Below are positions 17,143-27,633 of a DNA stretch of 55,356 bases, piece by piece. The translations under genes and the position numbers were made by a program. The notes below the pieces were generated by a model. It had not been told where the DNA came from, ran no database searches, and saw nothing but the letters and a program-made list of their open reading frames with translations. Within the stretch, counting starts at the first letter, position 1, and each line of letters begins with the position of its first letter. The DNA comes from a virus (taxonomy: Duplodnaviria; Caudoviricetes), in the IMG/VR virus record IMGVR_UViG_3300047652_000066, positions 1-55,356 of that record. One strand, given 5' to 3'.

Positions 17143-18146
17143 AAATTGATAGCCGCTGCCTGGCGCCGGGCGTGAAAAATGTCGTTTGTGTGTCTGGTGG
17201 CAAAGACAGCTTAGCCACCTGGTTGGTAGCACTGGATGCCGGAGTTGATTGTATCGCAGCGTTTGCCGATACCGGACATGAACATCCGATTACGTTGGCG
17301 TATCTCGATTATCTGGAAAAAGAACTCGGCCCCATTCGGCGCGTAAGGGCTGACTTTACCGACCGTATCGCCGGCAAGCGCAAATTTATTGCCGAAAAAT
17401 GGCCGATATCGCTGGTGGAGGAATGCGGTTTCACGCCGACACGCGCCGATGAAATCATTCAGACCGCACTGGAAATCCTGCACCCTACCGGTATCCCTTT
17501 TCTGGATTTATGCATGTGGAAGGGGCGCTTCCCCTCAAGCAGGCGGAAATTTTGCTCTATTGAACTCAAAAACGAACCTATGCGCCTGCAGGTGATTGAA
17601 CCATTAACGTCTTCAGGCATTGCGGTCGTGAGTTGGCAGGGAGTACGAGCCGAAGAATCGAAGGAGCGAGCAAAACTTTTCCCTTGGGAATCCGGTTTCG
17701 ATATCGGTCCTCGCCTGAGTATTTACCGTCCGATCCTGACATGGAAACCGGCGGATGTCTTCCGCCTGGCGCGCCGGCATGGAATCGAGCCGAATCCCCT
17801 GTACAAAATGGGGTGCAGTCGCGTGGGTTGTATGCCTTGCATTAATGTCCATAAGTCCGAATTAGCAGAAATTTTCAGCCGCTGGCCGGAGGAAATCGCC
17901 CGCGTTGCTGAATGGGAACGGTTGGTAGCAGCATGTAGCCGACGGCAAAATTCCGCTTTTTTCACATCGACCATGGACCCACGTAACTCCGAGACTCGCA
18001 TCGAAGTGATTACCCTCGAATCGCATGGCATCGAGACCTACCGCGATTGGGCCATGACTACCCGTGGTGGCCAGCAATTTGACCTATTGGCCGAAGCCAA
18101 CGATCACAGCGTCTGTAACAGCGTTTATGCGGGGGTGTGCGAATGA
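17139..18146 (+). CDS. PAPS-reductase/DndC-like PP-loop protein
   Basis: SGGKDS, DTGHE, GVRAEES..RA, RVGCMPC. Confidence 0.88.
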   Translation: MKIDSRCLAPGVKNVVCVSGGKDSLATWLVALDAGVDCIAAFADTGHEHPITLAYLDYLEKELGPIRRVRADFTDRIAGKRKFIAEKWPISLVEECGFTPTRADEIIQTALEILHPTGIPFLDLCMWKGRFPSSRRKFCSIELKNEPMRLQVIEPLTSSGIAVVSWQGVRAEESKERAKLFPWESGFDIGPRLSIYRPILTWKPADVFRLARRHGIEPNPLYKMGCSRVGCMPCINVHKSELAEIFSRWPEEIARVAEWERLVAACSRRQNSAFFTSTMDPRNSETRIEVITLESHGIETYRDWAMTTRGGQQFDLLAEANDHSVCNSVYAGVCE

Positions 18147-19015
18147 ACCGATATTGCACCGCACTGACTGCCCTCAAAGCCGCGTCGGCCCACTACCTGA
18201 AAGAAGTAGGGGACCAGTGGTGCACGCCGGACCCTTTGTTTTGGGGCATCAACGCTCTTTATGGCCCGCTGGTGCTGGATTTATTCGCCGACCAGGGCAA
18301 TTCAAAATGCGAATCCTATTACACCGCAGAGGATAACGCGCTTACTCAAGACTGGTCGGCCCGGTTGGTGGAACTTAATGGAGCTGCGTTCGCTAATCCG
18401 CCATATTCTCGTGCCAGTCAGCATGAGGGGCAATACATCACCGGCATGGTTCACATCATGGAGTACACCATGAAGATGCGCGAACTTGGCGGCCGCTATG
18501 TGGTACTCATCAAGGCGGCTACGTCCGAGACATGGTGGCCCGAACAGGCCGACCATATCGCTTTTATCCGAGGCCGCATTGGGTTTGATGTTCCGGTCTG
18601 GTTCAACCCGGCGGATGCACAGCAGGTTCCGACTGGGGCATTTTTTGCCGGGGCGATCGCCGTATTCGATAAAACTTGGACTGGCCCGTCTATGGGGTAC
18701 GTCAACCGTGACGAGTTAATCGCCCACGGCGAAACAGCACTTGCTCAAATGCGGTGGATGGCGCCGAGACTGATACAACAAGTCCCACAACAAAATATTC
18801 CCGAAATTATTCCACTGCCTGACACCGATAATCGCGTATGGCCATCAGAGGTTCGTTTTCTGCTTGACCAGGTTCCTACGGCAGCCAGCCTGCCGGCTGA
18901 GTTGAAAAACAAAATCCTCAATCACATAAATCACATGAAACTTGATGGTTTACCCACGGCCGCGATTATCCGCCAGGCCGCCGTATTGTCAGAATTGATG
19001 GGAGCGCAAGCATGA
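18143..19015 (+). CDS. Phage N6-adenine methyltransferase (Dam-like)
   Basis: DQWCTP, LDLFAD, NPPYS, RGRIGF. Confidence 0.88.
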   Translation: MNRYCTALTALKAASAHYLKEVGDQWCTPDPLFWGINALYGPLVLDLFADQGNSKCESYYTAEDNALTQDWSARLVELNGAAFANPPYSRASQHEGQYITGMVHIMEYTMKMRELGGRYVVLIKAATSETWWPEQADHIAFIRGRIGFDVPVWFNPADAQQVPTGAFFAGAIAVFDKTWTGPSMGYVNRDELIAHGETALAQMRWMAPRLIQQVPQQNIPEIIPLPDTDNRVWPSEVRFLLDQVPTAASLPAELKNKILNHINHMKLDGLPTAAIIRQAAVLSELMGAQA

Positions 19016-21147
19016 GGGAAATTATCGTAGACAATTTTGCCGGTGGTGGCGGGGCGAGTACCGGGATCGAAATGGCGATTGGGCGCAGCGTGGATATAGC
19101 AATCAATCACGACCAAAACGCGATCGATATGCATATGACAAACCACCCCGACACTTTGCATTACTGCGAAAACGTCTTTGACGTTGATCCCGTTGTCGCC
19201 TGCGGCCGCCGGCGGCCGGCTCTGGTTTGGTTCTCGCCTGATTGTCGCCATTTCAGTAAAGCCAAGGGCGCCACGCCCGTGAAAAAGGAAATCAGGGGGC
19301 TGGCCTGGGTCTCTATTCGCTGGGCACTGGATACCCGTTTTCGGGTGGGCGTACTCGAAAACGTTAAAGAATTCAGAACCTGGGGCCCGCTGTTGACCGC
19401 TGCTGATGGTACACATAGACCAGACCCGGCTCGGGCGGGCGAAACGTTCGCTGCATTTGTTGCGATGCTGACGACTGGCATTGCGGCAGATCATCCGGCT
19501 CTAGACGAATGTTGTGAGGTTTTGGGTATCGCATCGGATAGCGACGACCGGCGCCGGCTCATTGCTGGCCTGGGTTATAACGTCGAATTTAGGGAATTGC
19601 GCGCCAGTAAACTGGGAACGCCGACCATCCGCGAACGGTTTTTCATGGTGATGCGCTGCGACGGTCGTCCGATTGTCTGGCCGGCACAAACGCATGGCGA
19701 CAGTAAATCACCTGAAGTTCGAAGCGGCAAACTAAAACCGTATCACACCGCCGCTGAAATCATTGACTGGAATATCCCAAGCCCAAGCATTTTTGAGCGC
19801 AAGAAGGCGCTGGCCGACAATACTTTACGCCGAGTGGCGAAAGGGCTGTGGCGTCATGTCCTGACAAATGCAGAGCCATTCATCGTCGGCGCCGGCGGCT
19901 CGGAATATAGCGGTAAACCGGCTCCAATAGATCAGCCGATCGGGACGCTTACCACGGAAAATCATCGCGCTGTCGTAAATCCGGTACTGGCCCCGTTTTT
20001 GAATGAACACGCCAACGCCAGCAACCAACGGACGATGCCAGCGGATGAGCCTATGCGGACTTTATGTGCTCAGGTCAAAGGAGGGCATTTCTCAGTTGTC
20101 GCGCCGATGTTGGCATCTCTACGCGGCTCCAGTAAAGAACACCCTGGCGGGCAAAGTGTCGAGCAGCCGGTAACCACTATCACCGCCGGTGGAAAGCACC
20201 ATGCGCTCATTGGCGCTGAGCTGGTCACCGCGCACATCCAGCGTGATATGGGTAATAGCGTCGGGCATCGCGCCGACGAACCGCTGGGCACGATAATGGC
20301 TGGCGGTGGCGGAAAAGTGGCGTTGGTCGCCGCCCACTTGGCACATCTGACACACCACGGCGATCGGCCTGGCACAACGCCAGATGATCCGCTGCCAACG
20401 GTAACCGCTGCCCACCGCGGGGAGCAGGCTTTGATTTGTGCCAATCTGGTTGATATGGGCCACGGCGAGGAATGCGGTACCGGCGCCAAACGCTGGAGTG
20501 ATGGCGCGCGTTCTCTGGACACACCGCTTAACACGGTAACCGCCAGCAGCGTACCGAGTGCGCTGGCCTCGGTATATTTTGAACAAGCCAATGGCGGATT
20601 TTACGACGGTGACGGCCACGCAGCCGACGCGCCGATGTCCACAATCACATCGACTGGTAGCAATCAACGGCTGGTAACGGCCTACATGGTTAAATATTAC
20701 AGTTGCGGCGGACAGTCGCAGGGCGTCGATGAGCCGGTGCATACCCTTACAGCCAAAGCGCGAATGGGTGTGGTGCGGGTCATTAATGTGCCGGCCGACT
20801 GTTTGTCTCCTGAGCACCGGGAAAAGGCTCGCCAGTGCGCGGAGCTATTGCACAAGTATTTGCCAGAGCATTTCACGGAACCGGCCGACATTGTTTTGAT
20901 GAGCTATCGCGGCACCTGGTGGGCACTGGTGGATATTACGCTGCGCATGCTGCAACCGCCTGAGCTCTATCGCGCCAATGGTTTCCCGTCGTGGTATGTC
21001 ATTGACCAAGATTACAAAGGCAAAAAATATACGAAAGAGCAGCAAGTCGCGCGCTGCGGCAATGCCGTGCCACCACAGTTCGCCGAGGCGCTGGTGCGGG
21101 CTAATTTGCCGGAACTGTGTGTTGCAAGGGAAGAGGTGGCCGCATGA
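19012..21147 (+). CDS. C5-cytosine DNA methyltransferase with expanded variable region
   Basis: FAGGGG, SPDC, ENV, RERF, GNAV. Confidence 0.92.
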   Translation: MREIIVDNFAGGGGASTGIEMAIGRSVDIAINHDQNAIDMHMTNHPDTLHYCENVFDVDPVVACGRRRPALVWFSPDCRHFSKAKGATPVKKEIRGLAWVSIRWALDTRFRVGVLENVKEFRTWGPLLTAADGTHRPDPARAGETFAAFVAMLTTGIAADHPALDECCEVLGIASDSDDRRRLIAGLGYNVEFRELRASKLGTPTIRERFFMVMRCDGRPIVWPAQTHGDSKSPEVRSGKLKPYHTAAEIIDWNIPSPSIFERKKALADNTLRRVAKGLWRHVLTNAEPFIVGAGGSEYSGKPAPIDQPIGTLTTENHRAVVNPVLAPFLNEHANASNQRTMPADEPMRTLCAQVKGGHFSVVAPMLASLRGSSKEHPGGQSVEQPVTTITAGGKHHALIGAELVTAHIQRDMGNSVGHRADEPLGTIMAGGGGKVALVAAHLAHLTHHGDRPGTTPDDPLPTVTAAHRGEQALICANLVDMGHGEECGTGAKRWSDGARSLDTPLNTVTASSVPSALASVYFEQANGGFYDGDGHAADAPMSTITSTGSNQRLVTAYMVKYYSCGGQSQGVDEPVHTLTAKARMGVVRVINVPADCLSPEHREKARQCAELLHKYLPEHFTEPADIVLMSYRGTWWALVDITLRMLQPPELYRANGFPSWYVIDQDYKGKKYTKEQQVARCGNAVPPQFAEALVRANLPELCVAREEVAA

Positions 21148-21617
21148 GCGACGAATCCGATTTACCACCCGATGACAGCGATAACGTGCTGGTTTTCACA
21201 AAACGGTTTGACGCCAATGCCGACATTAAAGAAATGCGCAATTTCGTAAAAGCGCCAGACGCAAAAAGCAAAAATCGCTGGTGTACTCATCCCAAAATTT
21301 TGGTTGACGATCATTTGCGCCAATTAACCTGCCGACTATGCGGGAAAGTTATCGACCCGTTTGACTGGATCAACTCCGTCACAGATGGAGAGACAAAGGT
21401 CGATTGGGAACTGCAGGGGCTGCGCCAGGAAATTACCGATCACCGCACTGGACTGGAAAAGCTCAAACAGGAGGAATTGAACTGCCGCGCGCGCGTTAAA
21501 ACCCAACAGTTCAAACTTAGCGACCTGAACGCGCAAATCGACAAGGCCAATAAAGAACTGGCGTTCCTGACCGAACGGATCGAGCAAATCAAGGCGCTGA
21601 GAGGTATTGGCAAATGA
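21144..21617 (+). CDS. Zn-finger plus coiled-coil hypothetical protein
   Basis: CTH...CRLC followed by heptads. Confidence 0.65.
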   Translation: MSDESDLPPDDSDNVLVFTKRFDANADIKEMRNFVKAPDAKSKNRWCTHPKILVDDHLRQLTCRLCGKVIDPFDWINSVTDGETKVDWELQGLRQEITDHRTGLEKLKQEELNCRARVKTQQFKLSDLNAQIDKANKELAFLTERIEQIKALRGIGK

Positions 21618-21982
21618 AGCTGATATTGCCATTTCCTCCGAGTGTAAATAGCTATTGGCGTGCCCCGAATAAGGGGACATTGGCCGGCCAACATCTTATC
21701 AGTGCCAATGGCCGCAAATATCGTAACGCTGTATTGGCATCAATCCTTGAGGCACATCGCCGATATCCGGTTCCGCTGGTGGATGAAGTCAGCGTTTCCC
21801 TCGTGTTATCCCCGCCAGATAAACGCCGCCGGGATCTGGACAATTATTTCAAAGCTCTTTTTGACGCTCTCACACACGCAAGAATCTGGAGTGATGACGT
21901 CCAGATAAAACAACTCAATGCTATTTGGGGACCGATCGTGACCGGTGGCAAGGTTGAGATAACGATTGGGGTGATTGTATGA
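21614..21982 (+). CDS. rusA: RusA Holliday junction resolvase
   Basis: LPFPPSVNSYWR, RRRDLDN..K...DAL, DD.QI. Confidence 0.92.
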   Translation: MKLILPFPPSVNSYWRAPNKGTLAGQHLISANGRKYRNAVLASILEAHRRYPVPLVDEVSVSLVLSPPDKRRRDLDNYFKALFDALTHARIWSDDVQIKQLNAIWGPIVTGGKVEITIGVIV

Positions 21983-22986
21983 GAGCCTTGTTAACACCAT
22001 GCCTGCAGCGTGAGTTGGGACTTGTCCTGTTTCGCCCCGGTGGTGAATTGTTTCATCTGTTCACTAGGGGACGAGTGTTAATCAGCAACGAGCCAGATTT
22101 CATGAAATCATTGCCCACCGGCCCGCTGGTGGATGTGCAGCAGACATTAGTTGATGATCCAGCATTAATCGGATTTTTTACTGATGAGCGAGTCATTGCA
22201 GCAGCTGGACATATAGATGGGTTGGAATCCTGGCTGATGCAACATGACACCGGATGCCAGTGGTCAGATAAAGATTTCCATATGACCGAAATGATGTTCA
22301 AGCGTTATGACCTCGGCTCGGTCCGGCTTTGTTGGCATCATGATCATAAATTTCAAGGCTTGGCGATGGATAAATTGGGCGAGATAGCGCGCCGAAATCT
22401 CGCTGAGTGGATCCTCGATATTGTCAGGGTTGCATTTCAATTCCCTGAGCACCACCAAATAACATTACCTGAACTCTGCTGGTGGGCAGCACAGAAAGAC
22501 GTGATCCAAGCTATGCCGGAAGGCCCGGCCAGAAAGATTCTCAAATGGCGCCCATTGGAAATACCGTCGGGCATTATGCGTGAGTCCGATATCGAGCCCA
22601 TTTATTCAGCCACTGACGTGCTTGTGGAGCAGGCAAAACCGGTGCTTGCGCTGGCCATCGACCCTGAGCCGCCAGAGTCGTTCATGCTTCGGCCTAAGCC
22701 TCGCCGGTGGGTGAATGCAAATTATACCCGATGGGTAAAAACACAGCCTTGCGCAGGATGTGGCAATCAGGCCGATGATCCGCACCACATCACTGGCTAC
22801 GGTCTCGGAGGAATGGGAACTAAACCACATGATTTTTTCGTTATACCGTTGTGCCGGCAATGTCACAACGAACTGCATCGCGATACCCGGGCATTCGAGG
22901 TGGAGCATGGTAGTCAATTAGAAATGCTGGTGCGAACTCAAGATAGGGCGCTTGCGCTTGGTGTCATCACCACCGGTAAAAAATAA
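21979..22986 (+). CDS. DUF968 protein
   Basis: MRALLTP..., CAGCG..ADDPHH...LCRQCHNELH. Confidence 0.85.
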   Translation: MRALLTPCLQRELGLVLFRPGGELFHLFTRGRVLISNEPDFMKSLPTGPLVDVQQTLVDDPALIGFFTDERVIAAAGHIDGLESWLMQHDTGCQWSDKDFHMTEMMFKRYDLGSVRLCWHHDHKFQGLAMDKLGEIARRNLAEWILDIVRVAFQFPEHHQITLPELCWWAAQKDVIQAMPEGPARKILKWRPLEIPSGIMRESDIEPIYSATDVLVEQAKPVLALAIDPEPPESFMLRPKPRRWVNANYTRWVKTQPCAGCGNQADDPHHITGYGLGGMGTKPHDFFVIPLCRQCHNELHRDTRAFEVEHGSQLEMLVRTQDRALALGVITTGKK

Positions 22987-23002
22987 AAAGGGGGGGCAGG
23001 CA

Positions 23003-23668
23003 ATGTTAAATTTTGATTATATCCGGGAGCGTGTTGCCACGGCGCTGGCAGATATACGGAGATCAGGAAAAGGACAACTGGCCGCATTCGAAGACTCACC
23101 CATGGCTTATACAGCTCGATATAAGCGCAAGCGGCTGCGGGTAGTCGAGCTTGGCGGTAGGCGGGTGTGTGCAGACACCGATCCTATTTACTGTCCGGAA
23201 ACGCGTAACAGAAAGCAGCCATTCCCACCGATTGACCCAATTACCTATTCGTATAGCTCCTGGCGTCGGGCCATTGGTGAGCTTGAACCACATCAAGAGG
23301 CATGGGTCCGATATTGTTATGGTTATGATTTGGACTATGAATATCAGGTTACTATTTGCCAATTCATATGGGTTGAGTTCCAAAAACGCTTGGTAGGTAA
23401 AAAGGTGACCGAAAAAATGCGTGGTCGCCTGGCGTCATTGGTATGGCTAGCAGCTCAGGAAAGTGCCGGGCATTGGGATATGTTTCGCAATCCGTATACC
23501 AGCAAACGGCTATCTGAGCTGGTGGGGGTAAAGCCTGACAACTGGTCCAAAAACTACAGGCAGCACTGGGAGGAATTAATGCTGTTATGTGCCGAGCTTG
23601 ATGAATCGGCACTTGAAGCGATTTTATCTAAAAGAAGTGATGCACGGTTCAGAAACTTAGCATCATAA
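23003..23668 (+). CDS. Q: Late antiterminator Q
   Basis: SSWRRAI..L...QEAW.RYCY, C-terminal HTH; position before lysis. Confidence 0.8.
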   Translation: MLNFDYIRERVATALADIRRSGKGQLAAFEDSPMAYTARYKRKRLRVVELGGRRVCADTDPIYCPETRNRKQPFPPIDPITYSYSSWRRAIGELEPHQEAWVRYCYGYDLDYEYQVTICQFIWVEFQKRLVGKKVTEKMRGRLASLVWLAAQESAGHWDMFRNPYTSKRLSELVGVKPDNWSKNYRQHWEELMLLCAELDESALEAILSKRSDARFRNLAS

Positions 23669-23671
23669 TGC

Positions 23672-23766
23672 TTGCAAAAGTCAACATTATAGGCGATATT
23701 AAGAGCATATTTGATATTATGTTACATTTGTAAGTGCCAAGAACCTCGCTACGGTGGGGTTTTCTT
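23672..23766 (+). promoter_or_regulatory. Putative pR' late promoter and tR' terminator
   Basis: TTGCAA-N17-GATATT after Q; hairpin AACCTCGC-TACG-GTGGGGTT plus T-run. Confidence 0.5.
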
Positions 23767-23790
23767 CATAAAATTGGTGATTAACAACTA

Positions 23791-24687
23791 ATGAAAATAA
23801 ATGAAGAACTGTTATCACTAAAATTTACGGTAGAAGATTATAAAGAACTTTTAAGTGAGTTTGACTCTGTTGTCTGCGAGTCAATAGCTATAAGTCAGAA
23901 AAGTGCAAACAGGTATGTTGCACCCCATATTGGATATGGTTCTCAAATATTCACTAGATTATGCGCTCATTCACAATGTTTGATCCGCGCAGCTCCACTA
24001 TCTCGGTGGTCCAAGTCAGATTATAATAACTGGGATTTTAGCGAGATAGCCCCGCATGTCAGAGCTATCTTGGAAGGATATCTTTTTTATATGTATTTAT
24101 CTGAGCCGCCTCAAAGTGAAGCCGAATGGCAAAGTAGGTTGTGGGTAATGCATATGAATGATTGTATGAAACGATTGGATTTGATGCAATCTCTTGAGAG
24201 ACAAGAGGATATTTTATTTTTTTCCGGTGAAAAAGAAAAAATAGCCAAAGAGCTTAATAAAAATGAATATTTTATATCCCTCCCCGAAAAGATAAGGAAA
24301 GGATGTATTAGTGGCAAGTTTCTAAAGATTTATAGTAGGGATGAACTTATCATAAAATATAATTTAGATAAGGTGTTTTTTGATAAATATTTCGATCTGT
24401 TATCTCATTATACACATATTTTACCATTCTCTTTTTATGGCCTTGAACCTAATGGAAGAGGTACGGGATTGTTAAATGATGATGATTTAGCATATCTGTG
24501 TTTGGGTCTGTGTGTTGTAAGTGATTTAATGGATAGATGTAATGACCGTGTTGTCGATTTTTTCCCTGACGTTCAAATTTTCAGAAAAGGTAAAAAATCT
24601 ATTTTTTCCCCTGGGCCACGTGAGAATCTTCCTCAATTGAAACGCGAAAGGGAAAATAAGAATGCAAAAAAGAAAAAGAAAAGATGA
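23791..24687 (+). CDS. AT-rich moron, DUF5677-like helical protein
   Basis: RAILE and LSHYTH motifs; low GC; downstream terminator near 24758-24783. Confidence 0.6.
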   Translation: MKINEELLSLKFTVEDYKELLSEFDSVVCESIAISQKSANRYVAPHIGYGSQIFTRLCAHSQCLIRAAPLSRWSKSDYNNWDFSEIAPHVRAILEGYLFYMYLSEPPQSEAEWQSRLWVMHMNDCMKRLDLMQSLERQEDILFFSGEKEKIAKELNKNEYFISLPEKIRKGCISGKFLKIYSRDELIIKYNLDKVFFDKYFDLLSHYTHILPFSFYGLEPNGRGTGLLNDDDLAYLCLGLCVVSDLMDRCNDRVVDFFPDVQIFRKGKKSIFSPGPRENLPQLKRERENKNAKKKKKR

Positions 24688-24921
24688 TTCCTCTCCCTAA
24701 ATCGATGAAAGATGGCACAGTTGACGAGAAAAATAGAATTAACCCTACGATCATACAAGGCCGCACGTAGGTGTGGCTTTTTCTTTGTGAAATGGGCGAC
24801 GGAATAGGTGCGCTAACACCAAAACCGCCATTCGCCTGTATCGGGGATCACAAGCGAACCAAGGCCCACTGCTGATGTGCACACAGCAAAGTGAGCCTAT
24901 CAAAAAGGACGCTTCTGGTCT

Positions 24922-25995
24922 ATGAAAAATACTGTAAATTTACACAGTATCACCCTCATCAACGCCGACTCACTCGATTACATCAAGACCCTCCCTGATA
25001 ACTGCATCGACCTAATAGCCACAGACCCACCGTATTACCGGGTTAAGACATGCGGCTGGGATCGGCAGTGGGATAGCGTTGGAAGCTATTTGGCCTGGTT
25101 GGATGACATGCTGGCGCAGTTTTGGCGCGTACTGAAACCTGCCGGTAGCCTGTATTTATTTTGTGGTTCACGCCTGGCGGCAGATACCGAACTGCTGGTT
25201 CGCCAGCGCTTCGACGTGCTGAATCACATAATCTGGGCAAAACCATCCGGTCCTTGGCGCCGGATGCGTAAAGAGGACTTGCGGGCTTATTTCCCCGCGA
25301 CTGAGCGGATAATCTTTGCTGGCCATTATGGTGCTGAGGGTTTCGCGAAAGGGCAGGTCGGTTACGCAGTAAAATGCCAGGAACTGAAAGCTCGAGTCTT
25401 CAAGCCGCTGATTGATTATTTCCGCAATGCCCGGTCCGGGCTGAATATTTCCGCGACAGAGATCAACGTGGCGACAGGCACCCAGATGTGCTCGCACTGG
25501 TTTTCAGAGAGTCAATGGCAGTTGCCGAACCCCGCGCAGTACGCCGCGTTACAAAAGTTGTTCGCTGATAAGTCGGCCACCATCGGTAAGGTCAGCCCGC
25601 TGGTGGGCCAGCACTCAGGATTGGTGGAACAATATGATGCTCTGAGCAAAACCTATGCCGGGCTAGTGGTGGAATATGACGAGTTGCGCCAGCAGTACCA
25701 GCAGTTGCGCCGGCCGTTCGCAGTTACCGCTGAGGTTCCGTATACCGATGTTTGGGCGTTCCCGCCGGTTCAGTATTACCCGGGCAAACATCCGTGTGAG
25801 AAACCGGCGGATATGATGCGCCATATCATCCAGACCAGCAGCCGGCCCGGTGATATAGTGGCCGATTTTTTTATGGGCTCTGGGTCAACCATCAAAGAAG
25901 CAATAGCGCTGGGGCGTAATTCGATCGGAGTTGAGTTAGAGGAAGAACGATTTCTGCAAACTCAAAAAGAAATCTTAAAGATCAAGCAAGTTTAA
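24922..25995 (+). CDS. N6-A/N4-C DNA methyltransferase
   Basis: TDPPY, HPCEKP, DFFMGSGST. Confidence 0.92.
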   Translation: MKNTVNLHSITLINADSLDYIKTLPDNCIDLIATDPPYYRVKTCGWDRQWDSVGSYLAWLDDMLAQFWRVLKPAGSLYLFCGSRLAADTELLVRQRFDVLNHIIWAKPSGPWRRMRKEDLRAYFPATERIIFAGHYGAEGFAKGQVGYAVKCQELKARVFKPLIDYFRNARSGLNISATEINVATGTQMCSHWFSESQWQLPNPAQYAALQKLFADKSATIGKVSPLVGQHSGLVEQYDALSKTYAGLVVEYDELRQQYQQLRRPFAVTAEVPYTDVWAFPPVQYYPGKHPCEKPADMMRHIIQTSSRPGDIVADFFMGSGSTIKEAIALGRNSIGVELEEERFLQTQKEILKIKQV

Positions 25996-26070
25996 CTTTT
26001 ACTTATTCACCGAATAAGGCTACCGAGTCTGGTGGCCTTTTTTATTCCCACCACATACCGGAGTATCCGG

Positions 26071-26499
26071 ATGAATAACGAGCCTGCTATGGACTGGAAC
26101 ACCCTTGTTTCAACGGTATTCTCAAAGGAAACAGCAATAGGTGGGATTATCTCCGGATTGTTCGGTATTGGTGGATGGGCTGCTATCGGCCGCCGGTTTT
26201 GGTCGAATAACAAAGCTCAGATAGCCAATAACGACAAATGGACTGACACACTGGATAAACAGGCAAACTATATTGACCGCCTGGAGAAAGGGATTGAGGC
26301 CCGTGACGCTGAGATCGAAAAAAAAGACGAATTACTCCGCAAATATTATGAAGATTTAGCAACAACAAAAGCTGAATTGAAGATTATTCAAAACTCGCAA
26401 GAGTATCTAACCCAAAAGGTTGATGAACTGACGAAAGTCAACCAGTCAATGGCCGAAGAGCTTTCACGTTTACGTTCTGAGTTAGGAGCCACGCGATGA
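26071..26499 (+). CDS. TM plus coiled-coil protein, holin/antiholin candidate
   Basis: One N-terminal TM segment; first gene of the lysis cassette. Confidence 0.5.
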   Translation: MNNEPAMDWNTLVSTVFSKETAIGGIISGLFGIGGWAAIGRRFWSNNKAQIANNDKWTDTLDKQANYIDRLEKGIEARDAEIEKKDELLRKYYEDLATTKAELKIIQNSQEYLTQKVDELTKVNQSMAEELSRLRSELGATR

Positions 26500-26744
26500 T
26501 TCACCTTGAATTCAAAAACAGCGACATCACCGTCACTTGGCGAATGATGATTGTGATCCTGTGCGCCGTATTTGGAATTTATCTCGGCGGTGTAACGTCC
26601 GGTTATTTCATGGCTCAGGTTCAATATTCACAGCGTGCCGCAGCACGCGATAAAACGGTAGGGGAAATAAAGCAGCAGGTGGCCCAACTTCCGAACAAGA
26701 CCGCTGACGCGGTGAAGCAAGCAGTACAGGACGATAGCAAATGA
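26496..26744 (+). CDS. Single-TM lysis-cassette protein
   Basis: Hydrophobic MMIVILCAVFGIYLGGV; ATGA-coupled. Confidence 0.55.
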   Translation: MIHLEFKNSDITVTWRMMIVILCAVFGIYLGGVTSGYFMAQVQYSQRAAARDKTVGEIKQQVAQLPNKTADAVKQAVQDDSK

Positions 26745-27286
26745 CGAAAGACGACATTTTTAACTCCATTCTGGGCAGGGAGGGGGGCTACGTCAATAAT
26801 CCGGCCGACGCCGGCGGCCCGACGAATTGGGGCATAACTCAGGTGGTTGCTCGGGCGCATGGTTATACCGGTGATATGAAAATCCTGACACGGGACCAGG
26901 CTGTAGCCATTCTCGCTGCGGATTACTGGACTGGTCCGCGGTTCGATCAGGTCGCAGCGCTATCGTCGGTCATTGCTGTTGAGCTCTGCGATACCGGCGT
27001 CAATATGGGGCCGTCCGTGCCGGCTAAATGGCTGCAACGCTGGCTCACCGCGATGAATGACGGTGGAAAACTTTACCCCGATCTTACTGCTGACGGGCAG
27101 ATCGGCCCGCGCACCATTTCGGCGTTACGCAGTTATCTGGCTGTCCGTGGTAAAGAGGGGGAAGAAGTCTTGCTGGTGGCCCTAAATTGCAGCCAGGGCG
27201 CCCGGTATCTGGAGTTAGCCGAGCAACGGCCGGCGAACGAAGCGTTTCTTTATGGCTGGGCAAAAAATCGAGTGGAGCAATCATGA
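26741..27286 (+). CDS. Endolysin, glycoside hydrolase family 108
   Basis: EGGYVNNPADAGGPTNWGIT, DGQIGPRT, FLYGW..NR. Confidence 0.92.
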   Translation: MTKDDIFNSILGREGGYVNNPADAGGPTNWGITQVVARAHGYTGDMKILTRDQAVAILAADYWTGPRFDQVAALSSVIAVELCDTGVNMGPSVPAKWLQRWLTAMNDGGKLYPDLTADGQIGPRTISALRSYLAVRGKEGEEVLLVALNCSQGARYLELAEQRPANEAFLYGWAKNRVEQS

Positions 27287-27633
27287 AATTCATTTTCTTT
27301 CTGGCCGTTGTACTGGTAGCCATAGTCGCGTTGCTGTTGATTCGAAAATACAGTTCCCTGGAGTTTGTCAGCCACGCCAAATTGCTCTTCAAAACGTGGT
27401 CGGTATGGCTCGCATCAGTAGGATCAGCCATCACTGCATGGGTGCAGTCGTTCCCTGATGACGCCTTAAACGCCTGGAACGCTCTACCGACTGACGTGAA
27501 ATCAATCATTCCTCAGAACTACCTCGGGATGATCGGTGCATTCATGGTTGCCATGGCGGTGATGGCGCAGTTCGTCCGGCAAAATCGATTGGCTGAGCAA
27601 AGGGCAGCAATCGAAAGTAAGGCGGCATCATGA
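27283..27633 (+). CDS. Multi-TM holin-like protein
   Basis: Three hydrophobic segments; KTWSVWL...AWNALP. Confidence 0.55.
   Translation: MKFIFFLAVVLVAIVALLLIRKYSSLEFVSHAKLLFKTWSVWLASVGSAITAWVQSFPDDALNAWNALPTDVKSIIPQNYLGMIGAFMVAMAVMAQFVRQNRLAEQRAAIESKAAS

Noticed and set aside
24790-24915. Structured leader before the late MTase as a named sRNA
   Set aside because: Hairpins are present but I cannot assign a family or function
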